A stretch of DNA of 64,000 nt from a virus (Duplodnaviria; Caudoviricetes). This document shows positions 28,419 to 39,051 of this stretch, in pieces. How positions within the stretch are numbered: position 1 is the first letter of the stretch; every line of letters starts with the position of its first letter. The position numbers and the translations under genes were made by a program. The DNA is taken from positions 96,001-160,000 of IMG/VR virus record IMGVR_UViG_3300035502_001274, one strand, 5' to 3'. The notes below the pieces were generated by a model. The model was not told where the DNA came from, made no database searches, and was given only the letters and a program-made list of their open reading frames with translations.

Positions 28419-29339
28419 ATGGCAGACTACAATCAGAACTCCATGGGTGGCAGAGCGGCCATTACCGAGGTCAACACCAATTCGATCGCGCTCTTTGCAC
28501 CCGACAGCACCATGCTTCGCATTGCCTTCAAAGGCGATGCTATGTTCTTTACAATCATTCCCAGAGTCGCTGACCCCAACGGCGGCCGTCCCCGCTGGCC
28601 CAAAGAGATGGGCCGTACCGCATCTTTCCGTGCTCAGCAGGCAAGCGCCCTCTATCAGGGCTTCATGAAGAAGCTTCTGCCCGACATTGAGCAGAAGATC
28701 GATCATCCCGGCTACTGTGTCATTCCTCTGAACCGTGACGCATCCAACCTGTGTGGCTTCTCTTATGCTGGCGGCCAGGCTTGCTTCACCATCTTCAACG
28801 GCGTATCTGCAGATCGTACCTGCTCTGACAGCTACAGCTTCGTATGTGATACCACGCCGGCCATCGACAAGTACAATCCCAACACCGGCACCTATGAAGT
28901 GGTGGAAATCCAGTCTCAGCTGTATGTGATCATCGAAGCTCTGCACTGCTTCTCTCTGCATGCTGCCAATCCCGTAGGCCACAACGTGAAGAATGCGGCG
29001 GCCTGGAGCAATGACATGATGCAGAGCTATCTGCGTGCCATCGCTACTCGTCTGGGCGCCACACCTGGTCAGTATGGCCAGTATCGTGGAGCCGATGGAT
29101 ACAATGGTGGCTACAATGGTGGTGCCAGCTACGGCGGATTTGGCGGAGGAAGCAGCAATCCTCCCTTTGTGCCGGCTGCCTCTGATGCCTATGCGGGTCA
29201 GCCCGCTCTGAACGTGCCCACCGGTGGCAATGAGAACGTGACCTGGTCCACTGGCTTTGCTGAGCAGGCCAACGTTGGTGCCAATGCGGTGCCTCAGCAG
29301 ATTGAGCAGGTCTCTTCGCTGGACAGCCTGATGGGCTAA
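28419..29339 (+). CDS. putative single-stranded DNA-binding protein
   Basis: Folded N-terminal domain plus long Gly/Tyr/Asn-rich disordered tail; function inferred only. Confidence 0.35.
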   Translation: MADYNQNSMGGRAAITEVNTNSIALFAPDSTMLRIAFKGDAMFFTIIPRVADPNGGRPRWPKEMGRTASFRAQQASALYQGFMKKLLPDIEQKIDHPGYCVIPLNRDASNLCGFSYAGGQACFTIFNGVSADRTCSDSYSFVCDTTPAIDKYNPNTGTYEVVEIQSQLYVIIEALHCFSLHAANPVGHNVKNAAAWSNDMMQSYLRAIATRLGATPGQYGQYRGADGYNGGYNGGASYGGFGGGSSNPPFVPAASDAYAGQPALNVPTGGNENVTWSTGFAEQANVGANAVPQQIEQVSSLDSLMG

Positions 29340-29409
29340 GGCGCTGAAGCGGGTATGAGTTCATCTCATACTCGCTTCTTTTTTTTTGGTAATATAGAGA
29401 GGTGATCTC

Positions 29410-30171
29410 TTGAATTACGATATGGCAGACTTTCTCCGGCCAATCGCCGGAGGCAATCGCGATGAATACATTCTGGTGGAGTTTCATCGCACCTTAAAGA
29501 ATACCAACATGGCTCTGCTGAATAATCTCTTTGCCAGGGCCAAAGACGATCCTGAGCTGATGCAGATCTTTCCTAAGTTGATCGAGTATGCAAAGATGAC
29601 CTCCGACACTCGTTATGATGCATCGGTGGTTTTCAATAAGCCGCGGGATCTTATCTTCAATCTCTCTGGGGAGAAGCTCAGCGAAGAGTTGTGCCAGCAG
29701 TACGCTGATGCCTTCAAAGAGCCTTACAAGTTTCCCAACCTTCATACCACCAGGATGGAGGTCGTCTTGCATCATCTCTGTGAGCAGGACTTCGTGAAGA
29801 AACTATATATCTTTGCAGACAAGTTTTCAAACGAGATGAAGGCCTACGTTGCCCAAACTTTTGGGGACGTGGGTGTAGGTACACGGGTGGTCGCGTTAGA
29901 GGGTAATTTGGAAGATTGCCTCCTCTCAATGCCGGAGATTACCACGGTTTTCATGAGCAATTTTTCAGATTTGGAGCCAATTTACAAAAGTCATATGGAA
30001 GTGATCAAAGGCAAATACATCATTATTTCCCATGGCTATGGTAACATGGTGCCATCTCAAGACCATAAGCGCCTGGAATATGCCGGCATGAGAACATTTG
30101 CCAAATGGCATAAGAAAAAGATCGCCGACGTTGCCTATGGCTATCCCTATGCCATCTATCGTGCCATCTAA
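29410..30171 (+). CDS. hypothetical protein
   Basis: 253-aa ORF, gagg RBS with TTG start. Confidence 0.7.
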   Translation: MNYDMADFLRPIAGGNRDEYILVEFHRTLKNTNMALLNNLFARAKDDPELMQIFPKLIEYAKMTSDTRYDASVVFNKPRDLIFNLSGEKLSEELCQQYADAFKEPYKFPNLHTTRMEVVLHHLCEQDFVKKLYIFADKFSNEMKAYVAQTFGDVGVGTRVVALEGNLEDCLLSMPEITTVFMSNFSDLEPIYKSHMEVIKGKYIIISHGYGNMVPSQDHKRLEYAGMRTFAKWHKKKIADVAYGYPYAIYRAI

Positions 30172-30197
30172 TCTCGACAGAAAGGATGATCTAATCA

Positions 30198-32306
30198 ATG
30201 GCCTATAACTTCGATAACCTTGAGAAAGAAATCCGAATGGGAATGAACCTGATTGACCGTGATGAATACACGGCTTCCATTAAGGCCATTTCCCACATTG
30301 CTGCGCAGACGGTCTGCAAGACGCTTGGGCCCTATGCGCATACCACCATCATTGATGATGGCAACTTTACCTATCCCACCAAGGACGGCTGGTCCATCCT
30401 GCAGCGCATTCGCTTCCAGGATCCGACTCACAACTCCATCTTCAATATGCTGAAGAATATCAGCTTCCGCATCGTGGATAAGGTGGGTGACGGTACGACC
30501 ACCGCCATGGTCACCGCAGACCATTTCCTGGACTGCATGGATGAAGCTCTGAAGAAAGATCAGGTTTGGAGCAGCTATCGTCAGGCCGACATTGTGAGCG
30601 CTCTGAACGATGTGCGTGATATGGTTATCAAAGACCTGGAAGAGCATGCTGTTCAGATTGCTCCGGACCCCTCTGAGGAGAGCCCCGATTATCAGAGCAT
30701 CCATGATGTGGCATACATCTCTTCCAACGGGAACGAGAAGCTGGCCAGCATCATGCAGACCATTTACCAGAAGACCGGCAATCCCAACGTCATTGTGGAT
30801 ATGGACGGCGGCAAAGAGATCTCTTATGAGATCCAAACTGGATATCGCTTGGACTGCTCTTTCCTGATGAGTGAGCGGTACAGCAATACCAGCGAGCACT
30901 ATTACAACACCAACGGCCGGGAGCATATGCTGGTCATTTTTGATCATAATGTGACGTATCAGCGTCATGCTGAGATGATCAACTTCCTGTTGGGCATCGC
31001 ACAGCGGACCCAGCGGCCCATCATTCTAATGGCTCCCTACTTTGACGATGTGATTTCGTCTCAGTTCTCCATCATGGTTCAGCAGTCTCTGAAGGAGAAT
31101 CCCAACTCCATTCCGGGCCTGATGATCGTGCAGATTCCTGACGTGACTCGGAAGGCCCAGAAGGACGCTTTCATGGACTTTGCAGCTTTGGCCAGCGTTT
31201 CTCCTGTGACGGCTACGACGGTGAAAATCTTCACCGAGATGCGGCACAACGATACGGCCAAAGAGGAGACCGACAAGATCCATGACAAGATCATGGAAAT
31301 GCCGGAGTATTCTCAGTTCACTACTGCTCAGCAATTGCTGGACAGCTGCTACGGTACTGTGAAGGATGCCACCATTGGCAAGAACTTCTTCACGCTTACC
31401 AACATTAACTACGACTCGGTGCTCTACAAGGAGCGTCTGGCTCTGGTTCAGAAAGAGTATGACGATGCCAAGAAGGCAGCCGCCGAATCTCCCACCAATC
31501 TCAATAAGGCATTCCTGGAAGCATCTCAGCGACTCAATAAGCTGTCTGGTGCTCTGGGCGTCATTCATGTGGGTGGCGTGACCGATTTGGAGCGCCAGTG
31601 CAATCGGGACATCGTGGATGATACGTTCCTGGCGTGTCGATCTGCCTATGAAAACGGTGTCGTGGCGGGGTTGAACCTTGGTGTTCTGGCCTCTATGCAC
31701 CGAGTCGATCAGCAGAAGTTGAGCACGCTGCAGAACTTTGCGCTGAAGGTGCTCCATGATTCCTATGAGAGAACCGCCATGGACATTCTCAGCAATAAGT
31801 ACCATGACGTGGATGCCAAGTGCTGGGACTTCTTTGGTAATCATCTGACGGCATCTGAACTGATCGATACGATGGAAGATGCCATCGTACGCGGCGAACT
31901 GACCTGCTACGACATCGAGGCCGAGGCTGCTTACGACAGTGCCATTCCGAGCGTCTGCAATTCTGTCTCTACGGACATCGAGATCCTGTACGGCATCACC
32001 AGTATTCTGGGCATGGTACTGACCAGCGATCAGTACATGTCAGTGAATCGGATGTATGATAAGCAGGCTGCCATCCGTCAGCAGGAAGCTCTGAATGAGC
32101 GTACCATGACGGCCAATGTGGAGACCGTGATGAAAGCCATCGATGGCTACTTCTACACGCACCCCACCAGTATGATTGGCGCCATTGCCAAACGGCTGGA
32201 AAACACTGTCGAAACTCCTGTGTATCAAACTCCGACCACTGTAATGGGTGGCACCAACAACGGTCAGGACGTAATGATGGAATACGACCGGCGTAAATAC
32301 GACTAA
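30198..32306 (+). CDS. groEL: phage chaperonin (GroEL/Cpn60-like)
   Basis: KTLGP, PTKDG, VGDGTTTA, I.VGG.T..E and GVVAG motifs. Confidence 0.9.
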   Translation: MAYNFDNLEKEIRMGMNLIDRDEYTASIKAISHIAAQTVCKTLGPYAHTTIIDDGNFTYPTKDGWSILQRIRFQDPTHNSIFNMLKNISFRIVDKVGDGTTTAMVTADHFLDCMDEALKKDQVWSSYRQADIVSALNDVRDMVIKDLEEHAVQIAPDPSEESPDYQSIHDVAYISSNGNEKLASIMQTIYQKTGNPNVIVDMDGGKEISYEIQTGYRLDCSFLMSERYSNTSEHYYNTNGREHMLVIFDHNVTYQRHAEMINFLLGIAQRTQRPIILMAPYFDDVISSQFSIMVQQSLKENPNSIPGLMIVQIPDVTRKAQKDAFMDFAALASVSPVTATTVKIFTEMRHNDTAKEETDKIHDKIMEMPEYSQFTTAQQLLDSCYGTVKDATIGKNFFTLTNINYDSVLYKERLALVQKEYDDAKKAAAESPTNLNKAFLEASQRLNKLSGALGVIHVGGVTDLERQCNRDIVDDTFLACRSAYENGVVAGLNLGVLASMHRVDQQKLSTLQNFALKVLHDSYERTAMDILSNKYHDVDAKCWDFFGNHLTASELIDTMEDAIVRGELTCYDIEAEAAYDSAIPSVCNSVSTDIEILYGITSILGMVLTSDQYMSVNRMYDKQAAIRQQEALNERTMTANVETVMKAIDGYFYTHPTSMIGAIAKRLENTVETPVYQTPTTVMGGTNNGQDVMMEYDRRKYD

Positions 32307-32315
32307 AGACGAGTG

Positions 32316-32349
32316 AAAGCTTCCTAACCTACTAGGTTAGGAAGCTTTT
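32316..32349. terminator. bidirectional terminator between the chaperonin and tail fibre genes
   Basis: aaagcttcctaaccta-c-taggttaggaagcttt. Confidence 0.85.
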
Positions 32350-32358
32350 ATGTCAACT

Positions 32359-33534
32359 TTAGGCGCTCCGCACGACCAACAGTTGCAGCGTGAAAGCTGT
32401 GGTGGGAGCCGTGCTGTACGCATAAAGGGTGATGGAATTGGCAGCTGTCGTGATGCGATTTACGTTTGCAAAGGCTTTGCCCTGCAACGTAGCAGCACTC
32501 ACATCGTCCGACATAACGATACCCACAACGGGGACATCGGTTGCAAGAATTCCAGATACGGTGACGGTTTTATAGTAACCGCCAGAGGAGTTGGTAGTCC
32601 ATGAGGTGTTGATGGACGCTGAATACAACGCCATCTTGGCGCCGCCCAGCGCTGACAGCGCAGCGGCAGCCGTGGTGGAGCCGGTACCGCCTTTGGCGAT
32701 CGACAGAGTACCTGTGCAATCGGTCAAGGCGTGAGAATGGCTCGATGCTGCAGCACCCAGATTGGCAAGCGTGATGCCCAGATTGCTTCGGGCCGTGGCA
32801 GCATCGGTAGCGCCAGTGCCGCCCTTAGCAACCGTCAGGGTGCCAGTGCAGTCAGTCAATGCATGACTGTGAGAAGAAGCAGCTGCGCCCAGATTATCCA
32901 GGGTAATACCTAAGTTGGTCCGAGCTGTTGCTGCGTCGGTTGCGCCCGTGCCTCCCTTGGCAACTGTCAAGGTGCCAGTGCAATCGGTTAATGCATGAGA
33001 ATGGGAAGAAGCAGCTGCACCAAGGTTATCCAGAGTAATCCCCAGATTAGTGCGTGCCGTAGCTGCGTCAGTGGCACCAGTACCGCCTTTGGAGACGGGG
33101 TTGGCACCAGTGAAGCCGGTCCAGGACGTGATGCCCTTCCCTTTATTGACGAGATTCCAGTTGGTCCCGTCATATTCAAAGATACAGACTTCGGACGCGA
33201 CCCATGCATTGGTTACATCAGAGGAGCCAAGCCAATAAATGGACTTGGCCCCTGTGCTGTTGACATTCAGGGTCGCGGTTCCTGCCGTATTGGCATAAGT
33301 GAATTTCACAGCTACGCGCACGCCGGTCTCCAATGACTTGAAGTTCGTGCATTCCACGACCTTTGCATTGGTCTCGGCGGCGGTTGCGCATGTGCCGTGC
33401 AACTTTGCCTCAGTGGACGCTGTCTGTGCAGCGCTTAATGCACTTTCGGCAGTCCCCTTGACAGCATCCACTAGGCTTTTGGTTTTGGTTACAAGCTCTT
33501 GCAATGCCGCAACAGCGACGTACTTGATTGCCAT
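32359..33534 (-). CDS. tail fibre protein
   Basis: GGTGAT..A.AR.NLG fibre repeats, HSH metal-binding motifs, C-terminal tip domain. Confidence 0.85.
   Translation of the reverse strand: MAIKYVAVAALQELVTKTKSLVDAVKGTAESALSAAQTASTEAKLHGTCATAAETNAKVVECTNFKSLETGVRVAVKFTYANTAGTATLNVNSTGAKSIYWLGSSDVTNAWVASEVCIFEYDGTNWNLVNKGKGITSWTGFTGANPVSKGGTGATDAATARTNLGITLDNLGAAASSHSHALTDCTGTLTVAKGGTGATDAATARTNLGITLDNLGAAASSHSHALTDCTGTLTVAKGGTGATDAATARSNLGITLANLGAAASSHSHALTDCTGTLSIAKGGTGSTTAAAALSALGGAKMALYSASINTSWTTNSSGGYYKTVTVSGILATDVPVVGIVMSDDVSAATLQGKAFANVNRITTAANSITLYAYSTAPTTAFTLQLLVVRSA
32680..33095 (-). repeat. ~3 tandem 132-nt (44-aa) repeats within the tail fibre
   Basis: VAKGGTGATDAATARTNLGITLDNLGAAASSHSHALTDCTGTLT repeated. 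Confidence 0.9.
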
Positions 33535-33646
33535 ATGCGTGAAACCCGCCTTCCTAGTGGACGTCACTCAATGAGTAATTGGCCTCAGCTTAATGGGGTC
33601 CAGAAGCTAGAGACCTATTGAGTGCATGAGACTGAAGCAAAGAGAA

Positions 33647-34354
33647 TTACGCAAACAGCGCGTCGACCTCGCTGACCGTGATCTCGGTCAGATCGCTGGA
33701 CTTGACATAGTCAGCCAGAGCGGTGGAGATGGCGGAGTCAGCCTCGGTCTTGGTGTAGTAGTTGGTCATATCGACGAAGGTGTCGCCGATGGCCTCCCAC
33801 GCGCCGTTCAGGTACATGTACTCGGTGTAGGCGTTCTTGGCATCACTGTCGGCAGTCGCCTTGGCCACCATGTAGATGGTGGTGGTGGAGATATCGGCAG
33901 TGGGCAGAGCGGACACGATCTCATACTTCAGGTGGGCAGCGTTGGACACCGCAGAAGCGATGGCAGTATCGGCCTCGGTCTTGGTGTAGTAGCTACCCAG
34001 AGCGGTGGAGATGGCGGTGCCAACCTGGGTGGCGTTCTGGAACTCGGAATCGTTGGTCAGATCACTGGTCTTGGTGGCCGTAGTGATGGCAGCGATCCGG
34101 GTATCGGAATTCACGGTGACGGCGGTGCCGTTCACGGTCAGACCGATGATCACGTTCTTCTCTGCGTCGGAGGGAGCGTGGGCAGCCTGGCTGTGGGTAT
34201 AGGCGGCGTCGTAGTTGTTCTTCAGAGCGTCGGTCAGGTCGTTGGTGGACAGACCCTTGCCGGTCTCGGTATCAACCTTGCCGGCCAGCAGGCCCTTAAC
34301 TTTGACAACCAGTTCTTGCAGAGCAGCAGAACTTGCATACTTAATAGTAGCCAT
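33647..34354 (-). CDS. fibre/collar-type structural protein
   Basis: GKGLSTND and twin YYTKTEAD repeats; N-terminus paralogous to the tail fibre (IKY...AALQELV). Confidence 0.7.
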   Translation of the reverse strand: MATIKYASSAALQELVVKVKGLLAGKVDTETGKGLSTNDLTDALKNNYDAAYTHSQAAHAPSDAEKNVIIGLTVNGTAVTVNSDTRIAAITTATKTSDLTNDSEFQNATQVGTAISTALGSYYTKTEADTAIASAVSNAAHLKYEIVSALPTADISTTTIYMVAKATADSDAKNAYTEYMYLNGAWEAIGDTFVDMTNYYTKTEADSAISTALADYVKSSDLTEITVSEVDALFA

Positions 34355-34481
34355 AAATTTATCTCACCTTTCAAAAACTTTATGAGAAGGATTGAAATCT
34401 GATATATCACACATAAATGGCAATTCTCTGTCATAGAGGCAGAAAATCGCCCTTTATGATATGATCCGCACGAGTAGTAGG

Positions 34482-35018
34482 TTAGAAAGCTACGGATTTG
34501 GTGGTAACGCTTGTAGTTGTGGTGGCTTTCGTAGCTGCGCGACTAGAGGCCGAAACCAGCGTATAGGCGATCTCGGATTCATCGGAATCTGCGCCGAAAA
34601 TCTCGGCAAAGATCGCATCGACTTCTTCCGAAGTGATCTCCGTAGCGCTGCTGAGCCCGTCAGCCGTTTCCCAGATCTCCCAAGTCATACCACGGTCAGT
34701 CGAGATCCGCGTGTACGTCGCAGTGCCAGCGTACAAGCTCTGAATCAACTGAGGTTGACCATTGCTGTCCACTGACGATACGTAGATGTACACTGGAGAC
34801 ACGGCCGCAGCTGCACTAGGCGCAGTCACGTCATACACAAATGCTGCTTTGTATAATCCAGGACTGCGCAAGAAATCCAGGTTGTAGGGGGTGGCGCTAG
34901 TCGACTCGAGCTCGATGATGCCGCCACTCAAGCTAGTGATATCCAGATTCTGAATTTTCTCGATGGCTTCATCGACTTCAGGACCTGTATATCCCAGAGT
35001 GTAGATCTTAGAACTCAT
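34482..35018 (-). CDS. tail-fibre-related protein (knob-like domain)
   Basis: NLD.L.SPGLY...YTR...W..W pattern; late motif at 35053; paralog of 44410-45048. Confidence 0.55.
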   Translation of the reverse strand: MSSKIYTLGYTGPEVDEAIEKIQNLDITSLSGGIIELESTSATPYNLDFLRSPGLYKAAFVYDVTAPSAAAAVSPVYIYVSSVDSNGQPQLIQSLYAGTATYTRISTDRGMTWEIWETADGLSSATEITSEEVDAIFAEIFGADSDESEIAYTLVSASSRAATKATTTTSVTTKSVAF

Positions 35019-35129
35019 TGAATCGCGACCTCCCTCGTGTGTAGGATATCGTTAACAAGCTGTTTCATCATACCAGTGAGGGCTTTTAGAGAGACTATGG
35101 CAGAAAATGCCATAGTCTCTCGAGGGTCT

Positions 35130-35894
35130 TTACCAATACATGATGTGCTCATAATCGAGCGCACAGCTCTCATCTAACTCGTCCAGCAGCTCTTTCTTCT
35201 TACTAGCAGCATCAGACCAGTCATCGATCTTGAGCTCAATGGAACCAACGCCCAAATCCAAGTTCTGGACACGGCGCAGCTTCATGTAGAGATACTCTTC
35301 CAAATCGTACAGACACAGCTGTACAAAGGTGGAGAAAGATGACGGATTGAGCGTCGATAGAGAAGGATCATGGTCCATCGCCAGCTCGATCTCATAAGTA
35401 CCGCCAGACCATCCATTATACAAGATGAGAATGTCAGGTGCTCTGAAGTCCCAGGTCAGTGAATGGGTCATCTGACGAGCCATTGCACCAACAGCCTGGA
35501 TAGATGCCAAGCCCACCATAATGGAAGCGGGATCTCCAATCATTCCCTGCGGGACATACAGGTCATTGTAGCCGTTGGGCTTCTGGATCTGTACATCGGG
35601 AACACCGAAGATGGTGTGCTCCTGATAATAGTGCTTGGGAATCTGATACACCGCCTGATAGGAGTTGGTGTGGTTCATCGGCACTCCCACATAAGGTTTG
35701 CACATCCGGTTGTCATTGCCAATCAGGAAGCGCGCCAGATAGGGAGAGCGCTGTGAGAACTCCTTCAGGGCCGAATGCTGTAATCTCCAAAGCATGTCAT
35801 TATCGGTAACAGGTTTGGGAAGATCTCTCAAGCCCATATTCTGCTTACAAATCGTCAAAATTTCAGATAAGCTCTGATACATAAAATCACCCAA
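35130..35894 (-). CDS. putative neck / head-tail adaptor protein
   Basis: Late GACA-N6-TA motif at 35918; C-terminal pattern resembles myophage neck proteins. Confidence 0.4.
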   Translation of the reverse strand: MGDFMYQSLSEILTICKQNMGLRDLPKPVTDNDMLWRLQHSALKEFSQRSPYLARFLIGNDNRMCKPYVGVPMNHTNSYQAVYQIPKHYYQEHTIFGVPDVQIQKPNGYNDLYVPQGMIGDPASIMVGLASIQAVGAMARQMTHSLTWDFRAPDILILYNGWSGGTYEIELAMDHDPSLSTLNPSSFSTFVQLCLYDLEEYLYMKLRRVQNLDLGVGSIELKIDDWSDAASKKKELLDELDESCALDYEHIMYW

Positions 35895-35986
35895 CTTTCA
35901 GATTAGGCCTTCTAGATTAAGGGGTTGTCTGAAAGTTGGGTGAATGCCGGCCTTAGAGGACTGAAGAAAGCGACTAGATGTGATGC

Positions 35987-36526
35987 CTAATCGTTTTCTT
36001 CAGTGTTGGGAAACTGCTGATCGAGTGCGTCCAAGTTGGTGACCATCGTGGCGTAGAAATCGCGCAGATTCACTGCCATGTCACGCATTGGGACGACATA
36101 GGGTGTCAATGTATTGATATCGCCGCTATCCAATACTCTCTGTAAGTCAGCATAGATCTTCTGGAACGTCTCGCGATCTAAATCAGCAGGATGAACGTTC
36201 TTATGAATGCTGTGCTCCGCTACAGCTAAGCCAACGGTCTGGAAGACCGTGTTAATGGTCGTGTCTGTCTCCTCGCTGAACTCTTCTTCGGGCCCAATAT
36301 AGCAGACGAAAATCAGCTGAGGACGAGGCGTTTTCTCGGTACTGATCACATAAGCATGCAGATAACCCTCGTAATATACCACATAGCCGAAGGTGAACCC
36401 ATCCATCGTCTCCATGGCATGGATGCGTTCCTGGATGGCAAATACGTTATGGCAAATCTCCGAGACATGAAAACTGATCGTCTTTTCTTGTACGGTGACT
36501 GTGATGGTAGATGGATAATGAAGCAT
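35987..36526 (-). CDS. hypothetical protein
   Basis: aggagg RBS before ATG at 36526. Confidence 0.65.
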   Translation of the reverse strand: MLHYPSTITVTVQEKTISFHVSEICHNVFAIQERIHAMETMDGFTFGYVVYYEGYLHAYVISTEKTPRPQLIFVCYIGPEEEFSEETDTTINTVFQTVGLAVAEHSIHKNVHPADLDRETFQKIYADLQRVLDSGDINTLTPYVVPMRDMAVNLRDFYATMVTNLDALDQQFPNTEEND

Positions 36527-36735
36527 TAAAAGCCCTCCTATCCATGAACAAAAGCAGGCAGCGGGACTGTCCCCGTGCCCTGCACTGCCTGCTGCTGTGA
36601 TATTAGCTCGTTGTTTCGGATGAGCACCTAGTTTTCCAAGAAATGGCAAGCTGGATAGTACAAATTTGCAGCACATCAGATCTTTACCATATATCATCCT
36701 CATGACAGGAACTTATGAAGAAAGGAGGTCATTCT

Positions 36736-38208
36736 ATGGAAGCAATATTTACATCTACGGGCATGATGTTGAAGCCCTATTCGGCAAGCAAAGCTGGGAT
36801 GATCTATAAAGCCCGATCTGTTTGGCTGCCTGCCGCGCACGCTCCACAACCTGTCACAGCCTATATTGAGACGGAGCCCACCACTGGCGGGAAGCGCTTA
36901 CTGACGTATAAATGCCATCCCAAATGGCTTCAGGAACAGATCCCTGAAATCGTGATTACCCATATGAAAGCCAATCACGTGGACCATTTGGGAGAGCCTT
37001 TTGCGTTGAACCCTGACATTATCCCCAATGACGTACAGCAAGCAGCCACCCAAGCAGTGATTGATAATGGCTTCAAGACGGCATTCTTCAATATTCCCAC
37101 GGCTATGGGCAAAACCTTGTTGGCTGTTTATCTGACCAGCATCCTCAATGTGAAGAGCTGGGCGATGTGCTATCGAACCATCGTGCTAAATCAGTGGCAG
37201 AGCACCATCGCCAAGATGACAACTGCATCGGAGACCAGATTGCGTGAGATTCACAGCACCAAAGAGCTTCTTGAGATGGCTGAAGGCGATTACCCCTTTG
37301 ATGACTATGACATGTACTTCAGCACAGAGACAGTTCTCACCAAGTTTGCCAAAACCTATGGCTTGGAGATGCTCAATGACGTCTTTAATAACGCCGGCAT
37401 TGGTGTGAAGTTCTTCGATGAAGCGCATCGCAACGTGGGAAACATCGTTAAGATCAATGCGCTGACCAATGTCCCTAGAACCTACTACCTGTCAGCGGAC
37501 TTTGGACAAGCAGACCCTGAACGAGAACGTCTCTACTTGAAGATGTTTGGCAGTACACCCATCATCAGGCCCACACAAGAGTATGCCAAGAGCATGCAGT
37601 ACACCGTGGCAGTGTTGGTGAAGTACAACACGCATCCTAGCTTCAACGATGTAGGGACGGCATTCACCAAGTACGGGTTCAATCACAATAAGTTCATGGA
37701 ATATGAGTTGGACCAGGATAACTTCTACCACGCCTTTGCCAACGTGGTAGATTCCATTGAGCGAAGCAATCCAGATCACAAGTATAAAGTGCTGTTTCTC
37801 TGCACCCTCATTGAACACGTCAACTTCTTGAGGGAATGGATTGCAGCATACTACGAGAAGTTCTACCCAGAGGCTCATCTGAACATCGTACGGTATCACA
37901 GTGAGATGTCCAATGAAGAGAAGGAAGAGGCCTTGGCACAGGGCCAGATCATCGTGTCAACCTATCAGTCGATGGGAGTCGGCGTGGATTTGAAGATGAT
38001 CAGGCATGTGGTCGGCCTCACGCCCATCAATAGCATCGAAGATAACCAGGCAGCTGGACGAGCGAGACCCTTGCCCGACGGGAGCGATTGCTTCTACTAC
38101 ATCTTCGTGGATGAGGGATTTGAATACGTTCGCAAGAAACTTCCCAATCGCTTGGACTATCTTCAGAAGCAAAAGATCAAGAAAATCGTTTCGATCAAGT
38201 ACAGCTGA
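36736..38208 (+). CDS. superfamily 2 DEAH helicase (UvsW-like)
   Basis: PTAMGKT, FFDEAH, YLSA, GVGVD and QAAGRAR motifs. Confidence 0.88.
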   Translation: MEAIFTSTGMMLKPYSASKAGMIYKARSVWLPAAHAPQPVTAYIETEPTTGGKRLLTYKCHPKWLQEQIPEIVITHMKANHVDHLGEPFALNPDIIPNDVQQAATQAVIDNGFKTAFFNIPTAMGKTLLAVYLTSILNVKSWAMCYRTIVLNQWQSTIAKMTTASETRLREIHSTKELLEMAEGDYPFDDYDMYFSTETVLTKFAKTYGLEMLNDVFNNAGIGVKFFDEAHRNVGNIVKINALTNVPRTYYLSADFGQADPERERLYLKMFGSTPIIRPTQEYAKSMQYTVAVLVKYNTHPSFNDVGTAFTKYGFNHNKFMEYELDQDNFYHAFANVVDSIERSNPDHKYKVLFLCTLIEHVNFLREWIAAYYEKFYPEAHLNIVRYHSEMSNEEKEEALAQGQIIVSTYQSMGVGVDLKMIRHVVGLTPINSIEDNQAAGRARPLPDGSDCFYYIFVDEGFEYVRKKLPNRLDYLQKQKIKKIVSIKYS

Positions 38209-38294
38209 GAAGCTAGGAGACTTATTCGTCTCCTAGCTTTTTAAGCTGGCTTTAACGATGGCTTAATCTTTAAGCAAGGTGGGTGAGGAAACCT

Positions 38295-38930
38295 ATGGCA
38301 AATGATGTGGCCTATATGAGAACGCTATTCTCAGGCCATAGCATCAAAATTCAGACCTACATGAGACTGCCCAGCATCTACTTTGGCAATGGGAGCAATG
38401 TAGGCAACATTTCTAGTTATCCGGTGGTCATGATCAAGTATGAACCACCTCGGTCGGTGCTGGCGCAGGGCACCTTTAAAAGTAAAGATGCGCAGTTCAA
38501 AATGAATCCGAGAAACCAGTTGCAGGTGAAGAATTTCTTCAGAGCAATTTATCGCTGGTTCTCTGCGGATTCATTCAAGGATCTCTTTATCCTTGATGAG
38601 CATACCGGCAAACTGATGGTCAACATGGAGTATCGCGATCTCCAAGCTAAGATTGGAAGTACGCGCTATGAGGCGCAAGCGATGTTGGCTATCCCTGCCG
38701 TGACGGAGTTTGACTCCGTGCAATCTGAAGGATGTGCATTGGCGATCAATAACACCAGTTACACCTGTCCTCTGACTGATGTGGAGATCGAGTCCATCCT
38801 TGGCATTCTCGAGGCATTCTCCTTCCAGGAGGAAGCGCAGTTCATCACACTGCTAGCTATGTCCGGGAATCGATTCCTTAGTGACAGACCGCCGTCCTAT
38901 GGCGGCAGCTCTACCAAGATTACCTGGTGA
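38295..38930 (+). CDS. hypothetical protein
   Basis: ~210-aa ORF; start uncertain. Confidence 0.7.
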   Translation: MANDVAYMRTLFSGHSIKIQTYMRLPSIYFGNGSNVGNISSYPVVMIKYEPPRSVLAQGTFKSKDAQFKMNPRNQLQVKNFFRAIYRWFSADSFKDLFILDEHTGKLMVNMEYRDLQAKIGSTRYEAQAMLAIPAVTEFDSVQSEGCALAINNTSYTCPLTDVEIESILGILEAFSFQEEAQFITLLAMSGNRFLSDRPPSYGGSSTKITW

Positions 38931-39051
38931 TGGAGAGGGATACGACTTTATGAAGTTTACAGGCTTGGTAGGCTTGAAACGTATATCATCATTTGGCTGA
39001 ACATCTCTAGGTTCGGCTTTACATACTATAGGAGAGGTTGAGGTTTAAACC

